Positions 26,828 through 36,458 of a DNA stretch of 58,336 nt are shown piece after piece. Within the stretch, counting starts at the first letter, position 1. Every line of letters begins with the position of its first letter. Position numbers and translations under genes: made by a program. The notes under the pieces are model-generated. The model saw nothing but the letters and a program-made list of their open reading frames with translations, did no database searches and had not been told where the DNA came from. This DNA is from a virus (taxonomy: Duplodnaviria > Caudoviricetes): IMG/VR virus record IMGVR_UViG_3300035388_000018, positions 1 through 58,336 of that record; one strand, written 5' to 3'.

Positions 26828-29800
26828 ATGGGTAATCAAGTGTCGTTATTTGGAGATGATTTGATTCTGGAACGGGCGGCGTTGCCGGCAGAGCAGATCC
26901 GGGAAGCAACCTCTTACAAAGAGATTGCCACGGTGTTTGCAAAAATCTTTAACCTATCGGATGTCCCGGGAGTGGTTGGGCCAACGGCTTACAAAGATCC
27001 CAAAAGCGATTTTGGGTTGAAGGTCCGGGGCGTAAAAACACGGGAAAAGATTAACGAACAGGCAAAGGCAATATTGAAAAAGGCTGATTCCTTAAAAGAT
27101 TTGTCTGAAGAGGATGTCGACTTTTTGAAACAATATTCCGGCCGGGGCGGTTTGACAGAGAATTCACAGTTCGAATATTACACGCCTACACCCATTGCAG
27201 AAGGCGTTTGGGATGTTCTTAAACTCCACGGTTTTGAAAACGGCAACGTCCTTGATCCGTGTACCGGCGCTGGCGTATTTCCCACCACGAAACCAGACGG
27301 CGTTTTAATGACCGGCGGTGACATCGATCCGGTTGGATCCAAAATAGCGGCCCTGTTTAACCCCGAAGATTCGATTAAAAACCGTTCATTCGAACAAATT
27401 GCGGTGGCAACCGAGGATAATACTTTTGATTCGGTCGTTGGCAATGTGCCTTTTGGGGATGCCCGGGGAAAGGCTATCTTTGATGACCCGGCATATAAAA
27501 CTGAAAAACGGATCGAGCGATATTTCCTTCTCAGGGCCATGGACAAACTTAAACCCGGGGGGCTGGCCTGCCTGGTGGTGCCGATTAACATTGTCGGGGC
27601 AAAAAACGACAAATGGAAACGCTTTCGAATTGCCATGAGCAAAAAGGGTGAATTCCTTGGCGCCCATAAACTGCCGTCCAAGTCCTTTGGTGGTCAGGGC
27701 ACTGATACTGTGGTTGATATCGCCGTGTTTAAGAAACATCCCCAGGACCTTCTTGAAAAAATCGACAATCTTGAATTCGAAACCCTGCAGGAAACCAATG
27801 TCATATGGGATGAGTTCATTGACGGCCGATACTGGCTGGGTGAAGGAAAACGGTTCATTCAGGGTAAGTATGTCCCGAAAACGGCCGGGGACCGGTGGAG
27901 CCGGGAAACAGTTGACGGTGACATCGATCCTATCACGATCAAGAAAAAACTGGCCGTGCATTTCGCTTCCCGGATTGACTGGGATGCACTGGAAACCGCC
28001 GAGGCTGAAGTTAAGAATTACGCGGAAGGTGACCGCAATATTATTAACGGCATCGAGTATGAATTCGTTGACGGCGATTGGCAACGGGTTCACCAGACCG
28101 AAAAAAATGATATCCGGATTGATGAGAATAAATATGGTGCTGGCACAATGGCAGAATTAAAGGCACTCTTATCCTCTCCGGAAGGCGCCCTGCAGCTAAC
28201 TGCAAAACAGTTGTTCGCTATCTATAAAACGTGGCCGGACCTGCTTTCCCCGCTTCAAAAGGATGCGGTTGAATTTTCCATGAGTCAATCTGATGAAAAA
28301 TTCCATGAACAGGCATGTAGGGGTACGATTATCGGTGGTCTTCTGGGCCGGTTGAAGGCGAATCCGGATGAAAACGAAAGAGCCCGCCTGCAAGAAATGA
28401 TGGCCGCTGAAATTGATAAGTACGGACACCCGAAAAACAATAGTCATTTGTGCTTGACGGGGTCCTCTTCACGGCAGTTTGGGCTTTTCCTGAATTCGGT
28501 TGATGAGAAAGGGCAGTTTTCCGACTTCCTGGCCGGCACTCAGGATACTGAGAAAAGCGAATTTGACCCGACAAACATTCAATCTATTGTGGAACATCTT
28601 TTTGTTCGTGAAGGTATCCACCAAATCGAGCTTGAAGATATCAAAAAGCTTTATTCCGGGAAAATGGGTCTTGATTCCCTGGGGGATCTGGCACAGGTCG
28701 ATAACATTGCCATTACCGCAGATGGGATGCTTATGCCGTTTGGTCGATACACGGCCGGCAACATATACACAAATATTCAGGCAATGACCGATGCCATGGC
28801 CGATGAGGAAGACGACCGCCTGAAAGACAAGTGGATGCAGCAAATTGAGGCCATTAACAAGAAGCGGAAAATAACCGTCGCGGAGGATATCAGTTTTGGC
28901 CTGCAGGATAAATGGTATCCGAGAGGGTTTCTTGTTGATTTTCTCCGTGAAAACGGTTGGCCGAATGTTAAATACGGTTATTTTGAAGATGTCGAGAAGG
29001 AAGACTCTTTTGACGGGACAAAAAACATTGTCAGTGAATTTGTCGAAGATGCCAATGCAAAAGACGGGGAATTTATCGGCATAGGCGGATCCGGCTTTCC
29101 TAAACAGCTTCTTAAATATCTGAACGGCGGCAAGATCACATCTTCGAAGCAGGATCTTATCGAACAGTACAAGAACGAAGCCAATGTCATGACGGAAAAC
29201 TTCAATGCCTGGATGCAGCAACATCAAGACATGGATCAGTTGACGGCTTCTTATAACCAGCGGTTCAATGCCTTTCTTCCGTATGAATATGAAGACACGG
29301 ACCTGCACCTTGAAGGATTTTCGAAACAGGTAAAACTACATGGCTTTCAGAACTCCGCAATCAGGCGGCTTTCTGAAGAGGGGCGGGGGATTCTGGGTTT
29401 CGACGTCGGACTTGGGAAATCCTACGCGGCGGTTGCACTGGCTCAATATAATAAACAAATGGGCAGATCTAAAAAGACATGTATTATAATGCCCGATTCT
29501 GTGCTGGCGAACTGGTATCATGAAATCAATCACCTTGTCGGCAATATGAATGACGTTTTGTTTGTCGGGTTTGAGCCCAAGATGGATAAAAATGGCGTAA
29601 TCACCAGGGAAGTCGTAAAAGACGAAAAGGGAGAGCCCAAGGTCAACAAGTTCACCGGTGAGATCGAACAACAGGACGTGCTGATAAAGCGTAAATCCAA
29701 GGCCGATATCTGGAAAAAAATGTGGGAGATCCCGACAACCGGCAAGTCACTGGTCGTCATGACAAAGGAAAAGTTCGGTTCCATTCCGATGCGGCCCGCA

Positions 29801-32800
29801 ACAAAGTCCAAGTACGCTGAAAAGATGATAAAAAGATCCCTTATCAGCGACAAAGTAGCCGCAGATATGATGGGAACGGATAAAGATGGCAAGAAAAAGA
29901 GCTACCAGGCCGATAAGGATGAGGCCAACTTTGCCGCAAAATATTACGATGAGGGTACGGCCAAAAAAGGCGAATTGCCGTATTTTGAGGATATGGGATT
30001 CACTGATGTCATTATAGACGAGGCTCACGAATTCAAAAATAGCTACCAGCCTGGGAAAGATACCAAAGATATCGCATACTTACCCACGGCACCATCTTCA
30101 AAGCGGGCGCTGGATATGACCCTGAAAACTTCATACCTGAAGGAAGCCAATAACGGCAGGGGCGTTTATCCTTTGACGGCAACCCCGGTAACAAACTCTG
30201 TTTTCGAAATCTACAACATGCTGTCTTATGTTTGCCCTGTCGAAGAATTCGAGCGTTTTGGTGTTTATACGGTCGATGATTTTGTCCGAGTGTTTGGGAA
30301 AATTGAACAGGTCGACAAGGTGATGGTAAGTGGCGCAATTAAGGCCCGTGACGGTCTGGTGGGTTTCCGTAACCTGGACGGGCTCAGAAACTTGTTTCAC
30401 AAATATACCATCCTGAAAAATGCTGATGACGTGGGGTTGGAACTGCCACCGCATGAAGAGGTCAATGAAGAGGTCGAGTTGACCAACAAACAAATGGATA
30501 TTTATTCGAATCTCAAAGCAGATGCCAAGGAAGCATCAAAGCCGGGTTCAAAAATTTCCATGTTCTCTGTTATCCGGGATATGGACAGGGTTACTACAGA
30601 CATGGACCTTTATAACCACAAAATGACCTTTCATTTCAAATCGGAAGATGAGGTAAAGGTTCGAAACTTGGTTGCAGACCTGCCGGCCACGGTGACCGTG
30701 ACAGACAAGGGCGAAGATGGAAAGGCCTACAAAACAAAGGTTTCGATCACTACCGAAACCCGTAAGGAAGGCGATATCTTCGTACTTGTGGTCCCTGAAT
30801 CTGTTGAAACGGCGGTTACGACTCGTCTGGCCCGGTTCGGTATCGATGAGATCGACGTGGCCCATCCCCTTGTCCCCAAATATGCCAAGCTGGTTGAGAA
30901 TCTCAGGTTACATCTTGAGGCGAAGGGGAAACAGATTGTTTTCACCGAAGAAAAATCACAGCATCAAAAAATAAAACGAATATTGGCGCATTATGTCCCA
31001 CTTTCCCGTGACAAGATCGGTATCATTAACGCGGAAGAAGCCGAAGGCGGAAAGCTTCAACAGATATCTGATGCCTACAATTCCGGGAAAACAAAGGTGG
31101 TGATTGCCAATAAAAAGGCGGAGGTCGGTGTCAACCTGCAAAAAGGGACCACAGCCATCCACCATTTGACACTGCCTTGGACGCCTGCCAGCATTCAACA
31201 GCGAAACGGGCGCGGTGTTCGGCAGGGAAACACGGCCGCAAATATTAAGATTTATTATTACCTGGGGGCGAAATCTTTTGATTTTTACCGCCTGGACCTG
31301 CTGAAGCGGAAATCAAACTGGCAGCGGGATCTTTTCAATGGGACAGACACGGAAGTGGAGAACGCTAACGCTCTGTCTCAGGATGATATGATTGATATGC
31401 TGGCCGATGATCCGGAAGAGACCAAGCGTCGCAGGATGGAGCGATTGGCCAAACAGAAGGCGGAGCGTGAAGAGCGTGAACGGCGCCGGTTGATTAATAT
31501 GATGCAGCAAATTGCCAATATAAACGAGTCGCTCTCCGGGTTTGATGAAAAACGGGAAGAGCGCAGGGTGAAGCTGAATACCGAAATTTCAGAACATGAA
31601 CGGGTCATTGCGGATCTGAAAGAAAAGGGAAAAAAATACGATGAAGACGACGAGCGACGTACAAACCTGGGTACGCGGATAGCAAAAAGGAAAACACGTC
31701 TTGCCGTTGCAAAGAACGCTTTGGACGGTCTTGATACTGCGTTTGATTCGAAAAAAAGTAGCCTTGAGGCGAAAACAAAGCAGCTTCGGAGTGTCCTTGA
31801 TCTGAAGGCCAAAAAAGGCGAATTGCCCTTTGACGCGGAGCTGATAAGTCATCCTGAAAAAATGATTGCCACGCTGGATGGTAAAGTCTTAGCTGTGGGT
31901 GATGTCTATGAGGATAAAGAACGAGACAATCTTTATCGCATCCTTAATGTTCTCAATGAATATAGGGCGGTTGATATCGAGTCGGTTACCGGGAAAGCTA
32001 TCTATCTCAAAAGGTTCTATGGTGCCGATGTTGATAGCGCGTATCTTGTCAAGCTGTCCGACTGGCCCTTTGATGATATGGTAAAATGTTCTTATTCTGA
32101 AAAAGAACTCGAGTTGAAAAAAATTCTCAGTGAATCGTATTCCTGTAAAAAATTGGTTGGTATCGACAAAAGCTTGTTTCTTGAAAATGCCAAAGACTTC
32201 TCTTTGTCCGGCGTTTTCCTGGTTCGAGCTACTGACGGTTATGCTCTTGAAAGTAGTGGGGATATTGCGGATAAAACAAATGTCGTGTATCCAGAACCAA
32301 AAAACGAAACGTATAAAAAGCATGTGGCTGAAGCATACTTGGCCCTATATCATGAAAAAGGCACCTCCGGATATTGGGAAAATGAGATGCTAAAAGACCT
32401 TTTCGGCTATGACTGGCGAGAGGCACTTGAGGAATTTGGCAAGAAGGCCACTGAAACAGAGATACGGACATGGTATGGAAATTATATCCAGAATTGCTTG
32501 GATGAGCGTCTTGACAACGGTTGCAATGAAACAGATCCCCGCAAGATTTTAAGACTGATTGATGATGAGTACCGATTTCGGCCGGGCATGGTGGCAGAGG
32601 CAAAGCGCGACGGCCTGGGCGATAACATGACATTCATCCGTGAAACGATAGTGTCTTGCTGGACAACGCAAGTTGAGGGCTTGAGGCGAAAAGCTGAAAC
32701 CCTTAACGAACAGATCCGGGAAAAAGAAGCCCGTGAAAAACAGGCGGCCGTTGATGCCGAAATGGATGCAGCTAAAAAGGATCCAAACTATAAAGAGATT

Positions 32801-33094
32801 CCCGAAAAGATCGCGGCCGGTTTTGCACAAATGGGTATTACCGCCAGAACCAATATGAAACAAACGGTTCTACCCGGGCGGCGGCGGTTTAAAGATACGA
32901 ACGTCGCTCCATTCTCCCGGTGGTTTTTTCAAGACAAGCACGGCAAGGCTGGCGTACTTTTCCGGGTAAAGGATATCCTCAAGGCGCGATATAGTGCTAA
33001 GTATTTTAATGGGGAATCCGGGGATTTTCAAGGGCCTTGGTGGCATGTCAGTTCAAAAGAGGATCTTGAGGAAATTTACGAGTTGATGGCATAA
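26828..33094 (+). CDS. darB: DarB: N6-adenine methyltransferase plus SNF2-type SF2 helicase (injected antirestriction protein)
   Basis: EYYTP, VLDPCTGAGVF, GNVPF (MTase); FDVGLGKS, IIDEAH, LTATPVTN, EVGVNLQ, QRNGRGVRQGN (helicase); followed by ulx. Start taken after the AAGGA RBS. Confidence 0.92.
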   Translation: MGNQVSLFGDDLILERAALPAEQIREATSYKEIATVFAKIFNLSDVPGVVGPTAYKDPKSDFGLKVRGVKTREKINEQAKAILKKADSLKDLSEEDVDFLKQYSGRGGLTENSQFEYYTPTPIAEGVWDVLKLHGFENGNVLDPCTGAGVFPTTKPDGVLMTGGDIDPVGSKIAALFNPEDSIKNRSFEQIAVATEDNTFDSVVGNVPFGDARGKAIFDDPAYKTEKRIERYFLLRAMDKLKPGGLACLVVPINIVGAKNDKWKRFRIAMSKKGEFLGAHKLPSKSFGGQGTDTVVDIAVFKKHPQDLLEKIDNLEFETLQETNVIWDEFIDGRYWLGEGKRFIQGKYVPKTAGDRWSRETVDGDIDPITIKKKLAVHFASRIDWDALETAEAEVKNYAEGDRNIINGIEYEFVDGDWQRVHQTEKNDIRIDENKYGAGTMAELKALLSSPEGALQLTAKQLFAIYKTWPDLLSPLQKDAVEFSMSQSDEKFHEQACRGTIIGGLLGRLKANPDENERARLQEMMAAEIDKYGHPKNNSHLCLTGSSSRQFGLFLNSVDEKGQFSDFLAGTQDTEKSEFDPTNIQSIVEHLFVREGIHQIELEDIKKLYSGKMGLDSLGDLAQVDNIAITADGMLMPFGRYTAGNIYTNIQAMTDAMADEEDDRLKDKWMQQIEAINKKRKITVAEDISFGLQDKWYPRGFLVDFLRENGWPNVKYGYFEDVEKEDSFDGTKNIVSEFVEDANAKDGEFIGIGGSGFPKQLLKYLNGGKITSSKQDLIEQYKNEANVMTENFNAWMQQHQDMDQLTASYNQRFNAFLPYEYEDTDLHLEGFSKQVKLHGFQNSAIRRLSEEGRGILGFDVGLGKSYAAVALAQYNKQMGRSKKTCIIMPDSVLANWYHEINHLVGNMNDVLFVGFEPKMDKNGVITREVVKDEKGEPKVNKFTGEIEQQDVLIKRKSKADIWKKMWEIPTTGKSLVVMTKEKFGSIPMRPATKSKYAEKMIKRSLISDKVAADMMGTDKDGKKKSYQADKDEANFAAKYYDEGTAKKGELPYFEDMGFTDVIIDEAHEFKNSYQPGKDTKDIAYLPTAPSSKRALDMTLKTSYLKEANNGRGVYPLTATPVTNSVFEIYNMLSYVCPVEEFERFGVYTVDDFVRVFGKIEQVDKVMVSGAIKARDGLVGFRNLDGLRNLFHKYTILKNADDVGLELPPHEEVNEEVELTNKQMDIYSNLKADAKEASKPGSKISMFSVIRDMDRVTTDMDLYNHKMTFHFKSEDEVKVRNLVADLPATVTVTDKGEDGKAYKTKVSITTETRKEGDIFVLVVPESVETAVTTRLARFGIDEIDVAHPLVPKYAKLVENLRLHLEAKGKQIVFTEEKSQHQKIKRILAHYVPLSRDKIGIINAEEAEGGKLQQISDAYNSGKTKVVIANKKAEVGVNLQKGTTAIHHLTLPWTPASIQQRNGRGVRQGNTAANIKIYYYLGAKSFDFYRLDLLKRKSNWQRDLFNGTDTEVENANALSQDDMIDMLADDPEETKRRRMERLAKQKAEREERERRRLINMMQQIANINESLSGFDEKREERRVKLNTEISEHERVIADLKEKGKKYDEDDERRTNLGTRIAKRKTRLAVAKNALDGLDTAFDSKKSSLEAKTKQLRSVLDLKAKKGELPFDAELISHPEKMIATLDGKVLAVGDVYEDKERDNLYRILNVLNEYRAVDIESVTGKAIYLKRFYGADVDSAYLVKLSDWPFDDMVKCSYSEKELELKKILSESYSCKKLVGIDKSLFLENAKDFSLSGVFLVRATDGYALESSGDIADKTNVVYPEPKNETYKKHVAEAYLALYHEKGTSGYWENEMLKDLFGYDWREALEEFGKKATETEIRTWYGNYIQNCLDERLDNGCNETDPRKILRLIDDEYRFRPGMVAEAKRDGLGDNMTFIRETIVSCWTTQVEGLRRKAETLNEQIREKEAREKQAAVDAEMDAAKKDPNYKEIPEKIAAGFAQMGITARTNMKQTVLPGRRRFKDTNVAPFSRWFFQDKHGKAGVLFRVKDILKARYSAKYFNGESGDFQGPWWHVSSKEDLEEIYELMA

Positions 33095-33171
33095 AGAAAA
33101 AAAGATTGAAATTTTAAAATATTTTGATAGGTTCGGGCTGAAAGGCCCGGACCTAAAACAAGGAGCGACAC

Positions 33172-33576
33172 ATGGAAAACATCGTAAAGCCGACCAAAGA
33201 GGATTTACAACCCGTCATCGATGAGGCGTGTAAGAGCCAGACGGCGGAGCAATGGCGGGAAAATGTCTTAAACTCCATCAAGGTTATGCTGGGGAAAAAG
33301 CCTATCCGGTACCGGGGGTTCGGTCCTTACTGGTGGTTGGTCAAAAAAATGTTTGTCGATCAAGAGTTTTTTGAATTCGGGGAAGATATCGACAAACAGT
33401 GGTTCGATATGACCGATTACGGCGATGCCACCTTAAACCTGGCGGCGGCGTTCGCCTATGAAGATGCCCGGTTTCAAACTGTCAATATTTATGAAAGCAC
33501 CCATACCGTAGAGACGGACACCGGCACCATGGATTATGTCCTGTCTGATGAGGATATGGAAATCATGGGAAAATAA
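33172..33576 (+). CDS. ulx: Ulx (aids DarB packaging in P1)
   Basis: KP.K..L, P..YR.FGPYW..VKK, FG..ID, L.AA..Y...RF motifs; directly after darB. Confidence 0.8.
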   Translation: MENIVKPTKEDLQPVIDEACKSQTAEQWRENVLNSIKVMLGKKPIRYRGFGPYWWLVKKMFVDQEFFEFGEDIDKQWFDMTDYGDATLNLAAAFAYEDARFQTVNIYESTHTVETDTGTMDYVLSDEDMEIMGK

Positions 33577-33602
33577 TAAGCTAAAAGTCGTAAATACATC
33601 TG

Positions 33603-33640
33603 AAAGGCCGGAAGCGGGGCACCGTTTTTGGCCTTTTTTT
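33603..33640 (+). terminator. Rho-independent terminator after ulx
   Basis: AAGGCCGGAAGCGG-GGCA-CCGTTTTTGGCCTT stem (with G-U pairs) followed by a T-run. Confidence 0.75.
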
Positions 33641-33764
33641 GTTGCATACCATATGTGCTTTTCCATCCTTTACCTTCTGACGGTATGTGAAACATAGTTA
33701 GGGTGTCAAATTGTATGGAATCGGGTGTTTTTAATAACAAATAAATAGGTAGGAATAAAAAATT

Positions 33765-34706
33765 ATGCGCAAAACAACTTTGAAGTTTGAAAATTACAGT
33801 TCATCGTTTATGGGTTACATTGGCCAGAACGCTAATTTTGAAGTCCCCGGGCACGCATTCGGGGACAATGGCGTGTTGGTTGCCGTGGATGCGGATCTGG
33901 TGGATAAAATCAAAGCGGCGGTGATGGCTCGGCAGCCGGCCATGGTTATCACCACGATAGGGGATTTTGACGATGGTATTGATCTTCCGGCCACTCCCTA
34001 CAGAAAAATTAACCCTGTTGGTACCAGTGCCCCGGGTGCCACTAATGATGAGATTGAATATTATTGTATCGGGTCCTTGTGGATCGATATCGCGGCGTCA
34101 CCAAAAGAGACTTATGTGTGCGTGGATGCGACCGAAGGCGCGGCGGTATGGGTGGGAACGGTTCATCCCAGCGTGCTTATGGCGCCCGAGAAATCCCCCG
34201 TTAATGCTGCGAGTGCCACTGGAGTATTGACCACAAATGAAACACTTGTTGCGGACGGCGATACCGTGACAATCGGTGAAACCGTTTACACGTTTAAAAC
34301 CGCTCTCAGTACCGAACCTGCCGTGCCCTATGAGGTATTGATTGGTGCGGACACCGTTGCACAGATGGCCAATCTTGCACTTGCCGTTAACGGCGGTGCT
34401 GGGGAAGGGATCAATTACGCAACCGGGACAGTAGCCCATCCAGACGTGTCCGGGGAAGTAGACGGCACGGATTTTACCGTTACCAGATTACCGGCGGGCG
34501 CGGCCGGTAATCTGGTTGCAAAAGCAGATGATAGCGTGAACCTTGACTGGGATGGCGACGGCGAAGTGCTTACCGGCGGGATTGACGGAACGGTGGGCGT
34601 CGCAAATGAAATTTGTGAAGATGGGACATACCTCTATCTGTGCATAGCGGACAACGACGTATCCCATACGAATTGGCGGCGAATCAGCATGGGGTCGGCT
34701 TACTGA
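33765..34706 (+). CDS. Putative head decoration / short fibre protein
   Basis: AP..TND...Y..GSLWID...YVC.DAT.GAAVW module, Ig-like DGDTVTIG..YTF domain, YLYLC....NW.R C-terminus. Confidence 0.55.
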   Translation: MRKTTLKFENYSSSFMGYIGQNANFEVPGHAFGDNGVLVAVDADLVDKIKAAVMARQPAMVITTIGDFDDGIDLPATPYRKINPVGTSAPGATNDEIEYYCIGSLWIDIAASPKETYVCVDATEGAAVWVGTVHPSVLMAPEKSPVNAASATGVLTTNETLVADGDTVTIGETVYTFKTALSTEPAVPYEVLIGADTVAQMANLALAVNGGAGEGINYATGTVAHPDVSGEVDGTDFTVTRLPAGAAGNLVAKADDSVNLDWDGDGEVLTGGIDGTVGVANEICEDGTYLYLCIADNDVSHTNWRRISMGSAY

Positions 34707-34726
34707 TATTGAAAAAAATAAAGAAT

Positions 34727-34759
34727 AAATGGCCGCCACTTGATTGCGGCGGCCATTTT
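34727..34759 (+). terminator. Stem-loop/terminator before portal
   Basis: AAATGGCCGCC-N10-GGCGGCCATTTT. Confidence 0.6.
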
Positions 34760-34790
34760 CATAATTAGTGAGTACGGCGAGGGGCTACCC

Positions 34791-36458
34791 ATGTCTAAAA
34801 AGAAATCTAAGATAAAAACCATAGAAAAAATTTCGCTTCTATGGGGCCGTCTTTTCGGTGGTTACGACAGCGAACGGAACGATCAAAGTAGCGATATTGT
34901 TGATATCAATTCGCAGGGCAGCGCAAGCGAGTTATTACCGCGGCCCGGCAACATGCTGGCCACGGAAGAGATTATAAAAGCGGCTGAAATCGGGACCGCT
35001 GAAACGGAAAAACTTGCAGAGACGTTCCCCTTGGAGCGTTTGGCAAAATATGGCGTTTTGACCAGCATGGACCGGGACCCTACCATTAACGCGGCCATTA
35101 CCCTGCATGTCAACCAAGCTTTAAGTGCAAAAACAGCAACCGGTGAGATTATTTCCATTGAATCGACTTCTGACAAAGATAATAAGTTTGTCAATGATCT
35201 TCGGGATACATTCAAGGAAATGATAAACAAAGATTGCCAGAAGTGGGCCTATAATGCCGCCTTGCATGGTATTTGGTATGTCCGGCCCTATGGATTTAAA
35301 GGCACGGGCATAACTCATGTCCGGAGTGACTTTTACACGCATCCCCGTTTCATTAAAGAGTATGAGCACGGCGGCCGCCTGGCCGGTTACACGCATGCCT
35401 ATCAGAATATTGCGAAAGAGGGGCGTATCGAGTTGATGGAGCCCTGGAAATTCGTCTCTTTTAAAATCCCTAACATAAAAAACGACACACTGATTGAGCC
35501 TATCCGGTTTGACCAAGAAAAGTTTGATATCGGTGACGATGATTGTTTGGCGGAAGAGCTTGTAGAAACGCAGAGCTATGGCAAGTCTATCATTGAAACG
35601 GCCTTTGATCCATGGTTTGACCTTCAAAACGCAATCATGAGCCTCAATATGTCCCGGCGCAATGCGGCCCGCCTTGAGCGTGTGGTGGGCGTCAATACCG
35701 GTAAGCTTTCTCCCCTGAAAGCGGCTGAATACCTAAATTCAGTATCGGGCCAGCTAAAAAAAGCGAATGAGCAACACGCAAAGCAAGCCATCACCAAGGG
35801 GTTTTTCCAGACTGTCATCAACCACCTGATTCCCATCTTCGGTGATCGCGGCCGGCTTGACATTTCAACCGTGGAAGGGTCCCCGAATATCGAAGGCCTT
35901 GAGGACGTAATGTTCCATGTCAAACGACTGGGCGGCGCCCTGGGGGCGGATCCTTCTTTGTTGGGGTTTGGAGACATGCTTTCCGGTGGTTTGGGCGAAG
36001 GCGGCTATTTTCGTATGTCGATTATGGCGGCCGTTAAATCAAATTTGATTCGGCAGGCTATCAGGGATGGATTGGAAGAGCTGTTTAACATCCACATTGC
36101 CTTGAAATACGGTCAATACTTTTTACCCGGTGAACGGCCTTGGCGTATCGTTTTTAATTCAATTTCGACGGCCGTGGAGCGTGAAGAGCAGGAGAACATG
36201 GAAGGGCGGGTTAATTTTGCAACGATGCTTGCCGGATTGGTCCAGACCGTTGATCCTGAATTCTCAAAAATTGAATGGAATGCCTTTAATAACTATCTGT
36301 GGACAGACATTTTAAAGGTTGATGAGGAAAAATATAAGGCCATTTTCCCGAAAAAAATGGAAGCTCCGCCGGCGGAAGGGGAAGAGCCCTTAATGGAGTC
36401 GGCTATTGAAGATCAGGTAACCAAAATAATTGATAAATTTTATGAGAGGGGTGTTTAA
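34791..36458 (+). CDS. prt: Portal protein (P1 Prt-like)
   Basis: YT.P.FIKEYE, ETQ.YG.S..E, G.ED..FH...L...LG.D...LG..D.LSGGLGEGG; upstream of pro. Confidence 0.85.
   Translation: MSKKKSKIKTIEKISLLWGRLFGGYDSERNDQSSDIVDINSQGSASELLPRPGNMLATEEIIKAAEIGTAETEKLAETFPLERLAKYGVLTSMDRDPTINAAITLHVNQALSAKTATGEIISIESTSDKDNKFVNDLRDTFKEMINKDCQKWAYNAALHGIWYVRPYGFKGTGITHVRSDFYTHPRFIKEYEHGGRLAGYTHAYQNIAKEGRIELMEPWKFVSFKIPNIKNDTLIEPIRFDQEKFDIGDDDCLAEELVETQSYGKSIIETAFDPWFDLQNAIMSLNMSRRNAARLERVVGVNTGKLSPLKAAEYLNSVSGQLKKANEQHAKQAITKGFFQTVINHLIPIFGDRGRLDISTVEGSPNIEGLEDVMFHVKRLGGALGADPSLLGFGDMLSGGLGEGGYFRMSIMAAVKSNLIRQAIRDGLEELFNIHIALKYGQYFLPGERPWRIVFNSISTAVEREEQENMEGRVNFATMLAGLVQTVDPEFSKIEWNAFNNYLWTDILKVDEEKYKAIFPKKMEAPPAEGEEPLMESAIEDQVTKIIDKFYERGV

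Noticed and set aside
26828-33094. Host restriction-modification or DISARM-type defence gene
   Set aside because: The MTase+SNF2 architecture with hdf, darA and ulx context identifies it as DarB.
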